From Lingula anatina (taxonomy: Eukaryota; Animalia; Brachiopoda), in NCBI GenBank assembly GCA_051362555.1, contig CM120644.1:10238954-10302953 (forward strand): DNA of 64,000 nucleotides, written 5' to 3'. The notes below the pieces were generated by a model. The model was not told the origin of the DNA. It ran no database searches and saw only the letters and a list, made by a program, of their open reading frames with translations. The position numbers and the translations under genes were made by a program. This document shows positions 1-13,000 of this stretch, piece after piece (within the stretch, counting starts at the first letter, position 1; each line of letters starts with the position of its first letter).

Positions 1-868
1 TGGTAGCAAGCCTGACTCCAAAACATCGATATATTTCTAGTGATTCATGTTTCCATTAACAACTATCAATTCGCCCAAGCCATGGATGCTGATGCAGCCC
101 CACACCATGATGAATATGCTGCTCCGGGTTCGAAAATTCAGTGCATGTGGTTCAAATGCTTTACCATCAGTTTGCCAGCATAGTACCCGTCTGTCATCAG
201 AGGTCAGACCAAAGCGACACTCATCAGAAAAATATATAGGACCAATTGTCATAAACTGTCCAGTTCCAGATCCCGTTGACCCTAGTTTACTCTACGTTGC
301 CTGTTTTGTAACGATATAAGAGGTTTCAGTCTTGCTACCCTGCTGTACACTCTCTGAGCATGTAACCGACGCCTAGCAATTTTCACATACACATTCTTAT
401 GTGTGAAATTGTTCCACTGTGTTGTCAACTGACAAGCAGTGTCGAACTTTGACAACCTGGACATCAAAATCAGTCGTCGGTCTTCACGGCCAGTATTTTT
501 TCTTGGACGACCCATCAGAGGCAATTTGTCTCTTGATCCAGTGTTTCTATACCGAGACCAGACCCTCTGCACGGTTCTGACTGAACAATTCAATTGTATC
601 GATATTCTGACATTGCTTATATTCCGCCTCTTCAGGTTAACAACTTGCACCTATAACCGTTAGATAATTGCCTGTATCTTGCCATATTGGAGGAAGACAG
701 GAATAACATTTGCTGTACATGTACAAGACCAACAATACAATTCAATGGTATAGCGGTTTTATACTCATTAGTCACATTATAAGTAGACCTGGCATTACAA
801 ATACCCAAGATCTACCTACTTTTATTACTCTGAGTTAGGGGGTGACACTTCTTTTGTCCAGTGTGTGT
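1..868 (-). mobile_element. Degenerate Tc1/mariner DNA transposon (one terminus plus frameshifted transposase; runs off the window)
   Basis: Minus-strand translation from ATG ~685 gives an HTH region (ISIQLNCSVRTVQRVWSRYRNTGS..GRPRK), then FSDECRF (first catalytic D) and IMVWGCISIHGLG. These are typical Tc1 motifs, split over frames. The terminus TA-CACACACTGGACAAAAGAAGTG lies at ~845-869. Confidence 0.88.
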
Positions 869-869
869 A

Positions 870-3800
870 GACCTACTTTTAACCATGAACTGAACTTTGC
901 AAATTTTGTTCCCTTTTATCTCCAAAACTAGCAGAGATAGGTCCATAGTTACTATTGAACTTAAATAGAAAGTCATATACTGGCAATCTTAATGTGACCT
1001 TGAATTGACCTTTGACCTACTTTTCATAATGAATTTAACTTTGCAAATTTTGGTTCCCTTTTATTTCCAAAACTGACAAGATACGCCCATAGTTACTATT
1101 GAATTTGAATAGGAAGTCATATACTGGCAATCTAAGTGTGACCTTGAAATTTACGTTTGACCTACTTTTTACCATGAACTTAACATTGCAAATTTTAGTT
1201 CCCTTTTATCTCCAAAACTGGCAAAAATACGCCCATAGTAACTATTAAACTTGAATAGAAGTCATAAGAGGCAATCTAAGTGTGACCTTGAAATTGTTCT
1301 TTCACCTACTTTTCATCATGAATTGAAGTTTACAAATTTTGGTTCCTTTTTATCTCCAAAACTGGCAGAGATAGTTACTATTGAACTTGAATAGGAAGTC
1401 ATATACTGGCAATCTAAATGTGACCTTGAAATTGACCTTTGACCTACTTTTAACCATGAACTGAACTTTGCAACTTTTTAATGCTTTTATTTTCAAAACT
1501 AGCAGAGATACGCCCATAGTTACTATTGAATTTGAATAGAAAGTCATACCAGGCAATTTACTGTGACCTTAAAATTGACCTTTGACCTACTTTTAACCCT
1601 GAACTGAACTTTGCAAATTTTGTTCCCTTTTATCTCCAAAACTGGCAGAGATAGGTCTATGGTTACTATTGAACTTGAATAGGAAGTCATATACTGGCAA
1701 TCTAAATGTGACCTTGAAATTGACCCCTGACCTACTTTTCATCATGAATTGAACTTTGCAAATTTTGGTTCCCTTTTATCTCCAAAACTGGCAGAGATAG
1801 GTCCATAGTTACTATTTAATTTGAATATGAAGTCATATACTGGCAATCTAAATGTGACCTTGAAATTGACCTTTGACCTACTTTACACCATAAACTGAAC
1901 TTTGCAACTTTTTAATGCTTTTATTTTCAAAACTGGCAGAGATGGGCCCATAGTTACTATTGAATTTGAATAGAAAGTCATACAAGGCAATCTAAGTGTG
2001 ACCTGGAAATTGACCTTTGACCTACTTTTCATCATGATATAAAGTTTACAAATTTTGGTTCCCTTTTATCTCCAAAACTGGCAGAGATAGGTCCATAGTT
2101 ACTATTGAACTTGAATAGGAAGTCATATACTGGCAATCTAATTGTGACCTTGAAATTGACCTTTGACCTACTTTTCATAATGAATTGAACTTTGCAAATT
2201 TCCGTTCCCTTTTATCTCCAAAACTGGCAGAGATAGGTCCACAGTTACTATTGAACTTGAATATGAAGTCATTAGAGGCAATTTACTGTGAGCTTAAAAT
2301 TGACCTTTGACCTACTTTTAACCATGAATTTAACTTTGCAAATTTTGGTTCCCTTTTATTTCCAAAACTGACAAGATACGCCCATAGTTACTATTGAATT
2401 TGAATAGGAAGTCATATACTGGCAATCTAAGTGTGACCTTGAAATTTACGTTTGACCTACTTTTTACCATGAACTTAACATTGCAAATTTTAGTTCCCTT
2501 TTATCTCCAAAACTGGCAAAAATACGCCCATAGTAACTATTAAACTTGAATAGAAGTCATAAGAGGCAATCTAAGTGTGACCTTGAAATTGTTCTTTCAC
2601 CTACTTTTCATCATGAATTGAAGTTTACAAATTTTGGTTCCTTTTTATCTCCAAAACTGGCAGAGATAGTTACTATTGAACTTGAATAGGAAGTCATATA
2701 CTGGCAATCTAAATGTGACCTTGAAATTGACCTTTGACCTACTTTTAACCATGAACTGAACTTTGCAACTTTTTAATGCTTTTATTTTCAAAACTAGCAG
2801 AGATACGCCCATAGTTACTATTGAATTTGAATAGAAAGTCATACCAGGCAATTTACTGTGACCTTAAAATTGACCTTTGACCTACTTTTAACCCTGAACT
2901 GAACTTTGCAAATTTTGTTCCCTTTTATCTCCAAAACTGGCAGAGATAGGTCTATGGTTACTATTGAACTTGAATAGGAAGTCATATACTGGCAATCTAA
3001 ATAGGACCTTGAAATTGACCCCTGACCTACTTTTCATCATGAATTGAACTTTGCAAATTTTGGTTCCCTTTTATCTCCAAAACTGGCAGAGATAGGTCCA
3101 TAGTTACTATTTAATTTGAATATGAAGTCATATACTGGCAATCTAAATGTGACCTTGAAATTGACCTTTGACCTACTTTACACCATAAACTGAACTTTGC
3201 AACTTTTTAATGCTTTTATTTTCAAAACTGGCAGAGATGGGCCCATAGTTACTATTGAATTTGAATAGAAAGTCATACAAGGCAATCTAAGTGTGACCTG
3301 GAAATTGACCTTTGACCTACTTTTCATCATGATATAAAGTTTACAAATTTTGGTTCCCTTTTATCTCCAAAACTGGCAGAGATAGGTCCATAGTTACTAT
3401 TGAACTTGAATAGGAAGTCATATACTGGCAATCTAATTGTGACCTTGAAATTGACCTTTGACCTACTTTTCATAATGAATTGAACTTTGCAAATTTCCGT
3501 TCCCTTTTATCTCCAAAACTGGCAGAGATAGGTCCACAGTTACTATTGAACTTGAATATGAAGTCATTAGAGGCAATTTACTGTGAGCTTAAAATTGACC
3601 TTTGACCTACTTTTAACCATGAATTTAACTTTGCAAATTTTGGTTCCCTTTTATTTCCAAAACTGACAAGATACGCCCATAGTTACTATTGAATTTGAAT
3701 AGGAAGTCATATACTGGCAAATTAAGTGTGACCTTGAAATTTACGTTTGACATACTTTTTATCATGAATTGAAGTGTACACATTTTGGTTCCCTTTTATC

Positions 3801-3940
3801 TCCAAAACTGGCAGAGATGGGTCCATAGTTGCTATTGAACTTGAATAGGAAGTCATATACTGGAAATTTACTGTGACCTTGAAATTGACCTTTGACCTAC
3901 CTTACTATGAACTGAACTTTGATTGTACCATTTTTAGTTA
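870..3940 (+). repeat. ~146-bp satellite array (~21 units) with a 1295-bp higher-order duplication
   Basis: The unit ...CTCCAAAACTGGCAGAGATAGGTCCATAGTTACTATTGAACTTGAATAGGAAGTCATATACTGGCAATCTAAATGTGACCTTGAAATTGACCTTTGACCTAC... recurs every ~144-146 bp. Identical spurious ORFs at 1350 and 2645 show a 1295-bp period. Confidence 0.95.
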
Positions 3941-4107
3941 TATATTTTTTTGCATATTTTGAGAATTCTTGTTGATTGCATTTTTTACAGCTTGGTTTTT
4001 ACTGGTGGTGGTGTCCCTTTTTTGTGTGTGGGGGTCTATACGATCGCGCTTACCCCAGCTGGTGGTACAATATTTGGAGGCGGTATCGCCTCTCTGATCC
4101 TCTAGTT
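870..4107 (+). mobile_element. 3' part of a non-autonomous Helentron-type element (HINE/DINE-1-like) carrying the satellite
   Basis: 3' subTIR GCTGGTGGTACAATA at 4058-4072 is the reverse complement of 33148-33162. It is followed by hairpin GAGGCG-GTAT-CGCCTC (4077-4092), then CTAGTT (4102-4107) and a T-run. Confidence 0.75.
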
Positions 4108-5153
4108 CATTTTTTTTTTGCACAATTTTGGTGACGTTTCCAAACCGTATTTTGTTTTACTTTAAATTTATTGAGTGACCTTGTTTGGTACAGAGGCATG
4201 TTGCTTTCGAAAATCGGCATGGTCGGCTTATATTCACGGTAATTATTCTGCTTTTTTTAAATTTTCAATTTTCGCACACTAGAATTTTCAGTGGCTTTTA
4301 CATGTATATCCCATAGACCTGAATCACCTGCTAGCTTTTCAGTGTCCATGTACCTTTTAGGCAAGTGGCAACAACAAAAAAGTCTACTAAAGGTGAGGCT
4401 CGTTAGCCCCCGGGGCAAGTCTGCATTTCCCCTTATCTGAAAAGTATAACGATGGATCTCGCCCTCCCTAATTTTGACAGGCTACAAGATATGTTCTAGT
4501 GTACTAAAACATGACCCACAAGGCAGAACTCAATTTTTTTACCTTGGAAAGTAATTTCTGAAGTCTCAATTTGGTGTCTATTTTTGTGACTTGAGTATAG
4601 GTTTACAGCAAATTATTTACATGTATTTTAAATATGACTCTTACTACGTGACAAATTGCTGCTTAAGATAAGAATATTTAACAATCACGTGCTTTACAAA
4701 AAAATCAATTTGGGCAAGTTTACGGGGCTATAGGGCCCATATCTCAACTGTGGCTCTGATGAAGACCAGAGAAAAAAACGCTTTCATTCTTTAATGTAAT
4801 AAAAAAAACTCTGTCAGAATAACCAGAGGTAGATAATTTTTGATTAATTGACAAATCACAAAATGAATTAAAAAAAACAACAACATATTTTGCAATATTT
4901 CGGTCAGAGCAACTTTGCTTTGGTTGTTGTTGTTGTTGTTGAGAAGCTCAGTTTTATTTTACAGATGCCTTTGAAGTCAATTTCTGTCACAAAAGTCAAC
5001 CAATTGTTACCATATAGTTTCAAATAGTATAACTTAGAGAAATACCAAAAGACATCGATTCATTTTACCCAAAATATTACAGAACGATTTTTCTGCTTGC
5101 TTTCTGTTCTGTATATAAACGTTACAGATACATGTTAGTAAAGCCTACATGTA

Positions 5154-5379
5154 GGTCCCAACTACGTTTTGGACGCACGGTTTTTTGGTTCCTTGCGTCC
5201 GACTAGGACGTAGCTAGATCGCACGTAGTGGCTGTTGATCATGTCGAAAAGTTTCTACGTGCTGTTTGCGTCCTCCAAAAGTCGCACGATGGACGTGCTC
5301 CTCACGCACGAACTCCCACATTTTCCCCATATTTTTGGCCGTAGACAACACGTAGCCACCCGTACGTTCGGTTGGGACC
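5154..5379. mobile_element. Small MITE
   Basis: TIR GGTCCCAAC ... GTTGGGACC, flanked by TA on both sides; 226 bp; no coding capacity. Confidence 0.5.
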
Positions 5380-6351
5380 TAGGCTTAAGTCAGATAAGAA
5401 ATTTACGACCGCAATTTGAAGAAAAGTGCAGTTTAAAACTCTTCTATGGATGATCAAGTTTATTTTTTGGCATGACGACTTTACTTGGGGTCGCACAAAA
5501 ACTAGTAGAAATGAATGGTTTATATGCGTTTTTGAGAATCCACGCTCCAACGCTGCCCGATTCAAACGTACACTGAAGAAGTTGTCACAGGCAAGCAATT
5601 CTGCTATGTGGTTTAATGCTGACTTCAAGGTTGCTTCTGTTACTCAGTTTTATGGAGTAAGGTGCACAGGAGTGGATAAAAGTATATTCTTCTTTTGAAA
5701 TCTAGTATGTATGAGTACTTGCCCCACGGGATGTGCGCGTTTGCCTCGGATGTGGCATGTTCGCACACTTGGGATAGACAATATAAAATTGGATTTACAC
5801 TGTAAAAAAGCACAGTGTACTTCTGATCCTAATACCACAATTAAGGCATATGAATAAACTTTATTCTAAAGAAATCTCGAAGCCTAAAGATAATAGTATT
5901 CGTTCCATGTCAATTTTTGCAAAAAAAAAAAAAAAAAAAAAAAAAAAGGGGAGCGAACGAACCCCGCCCTCCCCTGCTGTATGGACAAGAGGCATTGTAT
6001 AATGTAACAATGTCTGTATTTTGTATTGAATCATTTCCGCGTAACGTTAAGTCTTAAGATTATTTTTTAAACACTCGTAAGCCAGCTAATTCCAAGAAAC
6101 CACCTTAATACACACAACTTTATTGTTCAAGAGGGGCAACTTTGTGTCTCAAATTATTCCTATTATCCTCATTTAATGTCTTTAGTTAGGCTCCAGTAAA
6201 AGTATATGGTATTTGTCAAAGGTCCAAATAATTTTAAATGTTAGACAAATTGTAGAAATAAGAGTATTCATAGTCGTTTTTCGTTCTGGAGATTACCTGT
6301 TGAAGAAACTTATCAAATAATGTAGGTAGAATTCTAATTAATTGTTCTATT

Positions 6352-6583
6352 CTATAAAGTCGCTCTAACTTCACAAATGACATTTCCGACAACATCGCAT
6401 TTTTGATCTTTCCACCTAACAAGAGGGAAGTTTTTAGTGTTAATGGCTCCACAGCTCTTAGCGGCATTAGTTGGATCGGTGTCCCCTCCACTTCCATCCC
6501 AGTTTATGTATCCTAAATCTGTCCATTGCCAGCTACCGGTGGTGAACTTCTCAAGTCCTATCCAATGCAGTATTAACGATGAG
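6352..6583 (-). CDS. Gene A: extra, diverged copy of the CTL second-half exon (candidate alternative terminal exon)
   Basis: Intact acceptor ttgcag, phase 2. Translates SSLILHWIGLEKFTTGSWQWTD-LGYINWDGSGGDTDPTNAAKSCGAINTKNFPLVRWKDQKCDVVGNVICEVRATL*, with an in-frame 9-bp deletion relative to the other copies. Minus-strand AATAAA at 6119-6124. Confidence 0.55.
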
Positions 6584-7039
6584 CTGCAATGATGTCACAA
6601 AACACATGCCCAGAAAGCTTATTTTCCGGCAAATTCAATAACGACGTTTGCGACAACCAACTTCGTTGGGGGTCATTTTATTTTTTGGAGAACGGACGAA
6701 AGTCGGTGCGCGCGCAGGATGTCATACATAAAAAAAAATGTGGACTAATAAAATATTTAATAATAACATTTAATAATAACACCGGACCCAAAATGAATAC
6801 GTACCGGGTAGTTGTAGAAACACCACTGCCTATAAAGGGCTGCTGTAGACTGTTAACAAACGTACCGTTGTTGCATTTAAGAATATTTTGGAGAGCTTTG
6901 CAGTTTTCCTCAATGAATTATTAAACTTATTCTTTTGTATGCTTTTACAATTAAAATTGTAGTATTTTTTAAATTGAACTTAGACAGTTTTCAAGTAGTC
7001 TTAATATTGTACCTGCAAAAGTCGAAGACTTCAAAAATG

Positions 7040-7390
7040 TCTTAAGATTTTCAAAACACTCGTAAGCCAGCTTATTCTAAGAAACCAAAGATTTCACCTT
7101 GAAACTAACAAACTTTATTGTTCAAGAGGGGCAACTTTTTGTGTCAAATTATTCGTATTATCCTAATTTTATGTCTTTAGTTAGGCTCCAGTAATATTAT
7201 ACGGTATTTGTCGAAATAATTATAATTGATAGGCAAACTGTAGAAATAAGAGCATAAATACTCATTTTTCTTTCTGGAGATTACTTGTTGAAGAAACTTA
7301 GCAAAGAAAGTGAAGTTCGAATTCTGATTATTTGTTCGATTCTATAAAGCCGTTCTAACTTCACACATGACAATTCCGACAGCATCGCAG
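7040..7390 (-). repeat. Duplicate of the CTL C-terminal tail plus 3'UTR-like sequence (copy of ~6050-6400)
   Basis: Shares cttaagatt..aaacactcgtaagccagc..aactttattgttcaagaggggcaac..ttctataaag..ctaacttcac with 6050-6400. Also present at ~38770-39120. Confidence 0.85.
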
Positions 7391-7588
7391 TTTTATTCTT
7401 ATTTTAAATTTTTCCAAAATTTAGTAAAAAGGAAAATGTATTCATTTCTTCTTGATGGGCTTTGTAATCAAAAAGATATGATCAAAGTGTATTACAAATT
7501 TTGAATATTGATTTGTGTACACATGTTAGTAAATAGATAATGAATGTCAACCGATCTTGTAACCTGATTATTTTGAAAAAGACCAATT

Positions 7589-7829
7589 CTATAAAGACGC
7601 TGTTACTTGACAAATGACATTTCCGCTGGCATCGCAGGTTTGGTCTTTCCACTTAACAAGAGGAAAATTTTTAGTGTTAATGGCCCCACAGCTCTTAGCG
7701 GCATTGGTTGGATCAGTTCCCCCTCCACTTCCATCCCAGTTTATGTATCCTAAAGACGTGCCATCTGTCCATTGCCAGCTACCGGAGGTGAACTTCTCAA
7801 GTCCTATCCAGTGCAGGATTAACGATGAG
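7589..7829 (-). CDS. Gene A terminal exon: C-type lectin domain 2, second half
   Basis: ttgcag acceptor. Translates HWIGLEKFTSGSWQWTDGTSLGYINW...SCGAI...WKDQTCDASGNVICQVTASL*, with CTL WIGL, WxWxDG and C..W.D..C...C motifs. Confidence 0.85.
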
Positions 7830-7953
7830 CTGCAATAATGTCACAAAACACAATATTTCAAAAAAGAACTAAATAGAATATGAAGGGAAAATCCATTCTA
7901 AGCAGTCTTTATAACTGGCGGAGAGAAACAAATTTAAAACGCATTTCGCTAAC

Positions 7954-8161
7954 CTGGTTGGAATAAGAATTTCTGCCTTGGCCTGCTCGTCTTCATTTAG
8001 TATAATGGCAAGAGTGGCCCCCGTCGCTTGCTGTGAACAAAAAGTACTGGCGGCGGCAAAGGTGATTCCAGTGTTGCCATTAGGTGTGAAATAATTCAAA
8101 CATTTTGTACCATCGTTTGTGCTGAACCAAAATTCTGTTCCTGGTGGTCCCAAAATGCATG
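7954..8161 (-). CDS. Gene A exon: C-type lectin domain 2, first half
   Basis: ctgcag acceptor, GTTAGC donor, 208 bp, phase 1 to 2. Translates CILGPPGTEFWFSTNDGTKCLNYF...TFAAASTFCSQQATGATLAII. Confidence 0.82.
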
Positions 8162-8334
8162 CTGCAGAAAAGGTGAAATACAATAAGCAAACTTACCAAA
8201 CTTAAAATCATTTCATTGTAATAAGATCTTCAGGAGAATGAACCCGGTAAAAAATAAGACAAAGGTCTCACTGCGTTGTTTCTCCAACATCTGCAATGAA
8301 AGGGAGTGTAAAAATCCCTAAATTTTTTTCTTAC

Positions 8335-8716
8335 TTCTGATATCATCACAAGTTGTGCCGTCGCCGCTAAAACCAACTTGGCAGGTGCAAGTGAAACTGC
8401 CCACGGTGTTGGTGCATGTGGCATTCTCAGCACAATCATCTGTGGCTAAGGCACATTCGTCTACATCGGCACACGCTGTGCCGTCGCCGGTGAAACCAGC
8501 TAGGCAGGTGCAGGTGAAACTGCCCACGGTGTTGGCGCATGTGGCATTCTCAGCGCAATCATCTGTGGCTAGGGCACATTCATCTATATCATCACACGTT
8601 GTTCCGTTGCCGGTGAAACCAGCCAGGCAGGTGCAGGTGAAACCGTCCACAGTGTTGGCGCAAGTTGCATTTTCAGCACAAGTATTGGAGAAACATTGGT
8701 TTTCGAACTGAGTGAC
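8335..8716 (-). CDS. Gene A exon: three EGF domains between the two CTLs
   Basis: Polypyrimidine tract plus aag acceptor (alternative cag gives start 8707); GTAAGA donor. Translates NQCFSNTCAENATC... followed by 2 cbEGF units. Confidence 0.78.
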
Positions 8717-9036
8717 CTTAGTTGGATTAAAAAAAATCAAATATAATTCAATATTGTGTTTTATATGTTTTTGAAAGTTAACTCCTGAAATTGGCTACAT
8801 TAGTGTGCTAAATGTCAGTTTTAGCCAATATTTGTTGATAGTCACTTCCTGTAAAAATTATTTAAAAAATTTCCGACAATTTAGTATTCTCTTTTTCTAA
8901 ATGGACGTTGTTGTCAAAAAATATGATCAAAGTGCATTACAAATTTAGAACATTGATTTGTGTACACATGTTAGTAAGTAGATAGTGAATGTCAACCGAT
9001 CTTGTAACCTGATTACTTTGAAAAAGACCAATTCTA

Positions 9037-9274
9037 TTAAGGCGCTGTTACTTGACAAATGACATTTCCGCTGGCATCGCAGGTTTGGTCTTTCCACTTA
9101 ACAAGAGGAAAATTTTTAGTGTTAATGGCCCCACAGCTCTTAGCGGCATTAGTTGGATCAGTTCCCCCTCCGCTTCCATCCCAATTTATGTATCCTAAAG
9201 ACGTGCCATCTGTCCATTGCCAGCTACCGGTGGTGAACTTCTCAAGTCCTATCCAGTGCAGGATTAACGATGAG
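9037..9274 (-). CDS. Gene A exon: C-type lectin domain 1, second half (stop at 9037, or internal donor after 9052)
   Basis: Same CTL motifs. It ends ICQ|GTAACA: either read-through to VTAP* or a phase-0 splice to the 3-EGF exon. Confidence 0.85.
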
Positions 9275-9396
9275 CTGCAATGATTTCACAAAACACAATA
9301 TTTCAAAAAAGAACTAAATAAAATATAAAGCGAAATCCATTCTAAGCACTCTTTATAAATGATGGAGAAAAACAAATTTCAAACGCATTTGCTTAC

Positions 9397-9604
9397 CTGG
9401 TTGGAATAAGGCTTTCTGCCTTGTTTTGCTCGTCTTGGTTTAGTATAATGGCAAGAGTGGCCCCCGTCGCTTGTTGTGTACAAAAAGTACTGGCGGCGGC
9501 AAAGGTGATTCCAGTGTTGCCATTAGGAGTAAAATAATTCAAACATTTTGTACCATCGTTTGTGCTGAACCAAAATTCTGTTCCTGGTGGTCCAACAATG
9601 CAAG
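9397..9604 (-). CDS. Gene A exon: C-type lectin domain 1, first half
   Basis: ctgcag acceptor, GTAAGC donor, 208 bp. Phase matches the giant exon (AGA A|CT TGC). Confidence 0.87.
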
Positions 9605-10059
9605 CTGCAGAAAAGGTGAAAAACTACTTGGAAACTTAAAATGATTTCATTATATGAACACAATGTAGCTTCAATACAGTTGAAAAGACAGAAAAGTAGC
9701 TCATGGCCACATTTAACCACGCTATTTCCACAAAACTTTATATCCAGAACTGTTTGGATCATTTCAAGTGCTGATTTGACAGATTCTCATCAAGGTAAAA
9801 AGAATATAGGAAAGAAGATATTAATTTTATTGTATGAACACAGTGTGACTAAAATGAAGTTAATAAGATTTTCAGAAGTGTTTACAAGGAAGAAAGAAAA
9901 CAAAGGTCACATTTTACCACCGACAAAAGAAGAGTTCCATGAGAAAAATAAGATTCAAATATCAAATATTCAAGTCTCCTAGAGCTGCAAAAAAAAAAAA
10001 AAAAAAAAACGTGTAAATATCGCTACAGAAAAAAGAATAAATTATTTGAAAAGCCTTAC

Positions 10060-13000
10060 TTCTGATATCATCACAATTTGTGCCGTCCCCGCTAAAACCA
10101 ACTAGACAGGTGCAAGTGAAACTCCCTACAGTGTTGGCGCATGTGGCATTCACAGCGCAATCGTCTGTGGCTAAAGCACATTCGTCTACATCGGCACACG
10201 CTGTGCCGTCGCCGGTGAAACCAGCTAGGCAGGTGCAGGTGAAACTGCCCACGGTGTTGGCGCATGTGGCATTCTCAGCGCAATCATCTGTGGCTAGGGC
10301 ACATTCGTCTACATCGGCACACACTGTGCCGTCGCCGGTGAAACCAGCTAGGCAGGTGCAGGTGAAACTGCCCACGGTGTTGGCGCATGTGGCATTCTCA
10401 GCGCAATCATCTGTGGCTAGGGCACATTCGTCTACATCGGCACACGCTGTGCCGTCGCCGGTGAAACCAGCTAGGCAGGTGCAGGTGAAACTGCCCACGG
10501 TGTTGGCGCATGTGGCATTCTCAGCGCAATCATCTATGGCTAGGGCACATTCGTCTACATCGGCACACGCTGTGCCGTCGCCAGTAAAACCAGCCAGGCA
10601 GGTGCAGGTGAAACTGCCCACGGTGTTGGCACATGTGGCATTCTCAGCGCAATCATCTGTGGCTAGGGCACATTCGTCTTCATCGGCACACGCTGTGCCG
10701 TCGCCGGTGAAACCAGCTAGGCAGGTGCAGGTGAAACTGCCCACGGTGTTGGCGCATGTGGCATTCTCAGCGCAATCATCTGTGGCTAGGGCACATTCGT
10801 CTACATCGGCACACGCTGTGCCGTCGCCGGTGAAACCAGTTAGGCAGGTGCAGGTGAAACTGCCCACGGTGTTGGCGCATGTGGCATTCTCATCGCAATC
10901 ATCTGTGGCTAGGGCACATTCGTCTACATCGGCACACGCTGTGCCGTCGCCGGTGAAACCAGCCAGGCAGGTGCAGGTGAAACTGCCCACGGTGTTGGCG
11001 CATGTGGTATTCTCAGCGCAATCATTTGTGGCTAGGGCACATTCGTCTACATCGGCACACGCTGTGCCGTCGCCGGTGAAACCAGCTAGGCAGGTGCAGG
11101 TGAAGCTGCCCACGGTGTTGGCGCATGTGGCATTCTCAGCGCAATCATTTGTGGCTAGGGCACATTCGTCTACATCGGCACACGCTGTGCCGTCGCCGGT
11201 GAAACCAGCTAGGCAGGTGCAGGTGAAACTGCCCACGGTGTTGGCGCATGTGGCATTCTCATCGCAATCATCTGTGGCTAGGGCACATTCGTCTACATCG
11301 GCACACGCTGTGCCGTCGCCGGTGAAATCAGCTAGGCAGGTGCAGGTGAAACTGCCCACGGTGTTGGCGCATGTGGCATTCTCAGCGCAATTATCTGTGG
11401 CTAGGGCACATTCGTCTACATCGGCACACACTGTGCCGTCGCCGGTGAAACCAGCTAGGCAGGTGCAGGTGAAACTGCCCACGGTGTTGGCGCATGTGGA
11501 ATTCTCAGCGCAATCATTTGTGGCTAGGGCACATTCGTCTACATCGGCACACGCTGTGCCGTCGCCGGTGAAACCAGCTAGGCAGGTGCAGGTGAAACTG
11601 CCCACGGTGTTGGCGCATGTGGCATTCTCATCGCAATCATCTGTGGCTAGGGCACATTCGTCTACATCGGCACACGTTGTGCCGTCGCCGGTGAAACCAG
11701 CTAGGCAGGTGCAGGTGAAACTGCCCACGATGTTGGCGCATGTGGCATTCTCAGCGCAATCATCTGTGGCTAGGGCACATTCGTCTACATCGGCACACGC
11801 TGTGCCGTCGCCGGTGAAACCAGCTAGGCAGGTGCAGGTGAAACTGCCCACGGTGTTGGCGCATGTGGCATTCTCAGCGCAATCATCTGGGGCTAGGGCA
11901 CATTCGTCTACATCGGCACACGCTGTGCCATCGCCGGTGAAACCAGCTAGGCAGGTGCAGGTGAAACTGCCCACGGTGTTGGCGCATGTGGCATTCTCAG
12001 CGCAATCATCTGTGGCTAGGGCACATTCGTCTACATCGGCACACGCTGTGCCGTCGCCGGTGAAACCAGCTAGGCAGGTGCAGGTGAAACTGCCCACGGT
12101 GTTGGCGCATGTGGCATTCTCAGCGCAATAATCTGTGGCTAGGGCACATTCGTCTATATCGGCACACGCTGTGCCGTCGCCGGTGAAACCAGCTAGGCAG
12201 GTGCAGGTGAAACTGCCCACGGTGTTGGCGCATGTGGCATTCTCATCGCAATCATCTGTGGCTAGGGCACATTCGTCTACATCGGCACACGCTGTGCCGT
12301 CGCCGGTGAAACCAGCTAGGCAGGTGCAGGTGAAACTGCCCACGGTGTTGGCACATGTGGCATTCTCAGCGCAATCATCTGTGGCTAGGGCACATTCGTC
12401 TACATCGGCACACGCTGTGCCGTCGCCGGTGAAACCAGCTAGGCAGGTGCAGGTGAAACTGCCCACGGTGTTGGCGCATGTGGCATTCTCAGCGCAATCA
12501 TTTGTGGCTAGGGCACATTCGTCTACATCGGCACACGCTGTGCCGTCGCCGGTGAAACCAGCTAGGCAGGTGCAGGTGAAACTGCCCACGGTGTTGGCGC
12601 ATGTGGCATTCTCAGCGCAATCATCTGTGGCTAGGGCACATTCGTCTACATCGGCACACGCTGTGCCGTCGCCGGTGAAACCAGCTAGGCAGGTGCAGGT
12701 GAAACTGCCCACGGTGTTGGCGCATGTGGCATTCTCAGCGCAATCATCTGTGGCTAGGGCACATTCGTCTACATCGGCACACGCTGTGCCGTCGCCGGTG
12801 AAACCAGCTAGGCAGGTGCAGGTGAAACTGCCCACGGTGTTGGCGCATGTGGCATTCTCATCGCAATCATCTGTGGCTAGGGCACATTCGTCTACATCGG
12901 CACACGCTGTGCCGTCGCCGGTGAAACCAGCAAGGCAGGTGCAGGTGAAACTGCCCACGGTGTTGGCGCATGTGGAATTCTCAGCGCAATCATCTGTGGC

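Noticed and set aside
1350-2851. Identical 68-aa ORFs (related ones at 34656 and 35139)
   Set aside because: By-products of the satellite and its higher-order duplication.
7614-9283. Repeated plus-strand 74-aa ORFs MTFPLASQ...
   Set aside because: Antisense of the CTL exons.
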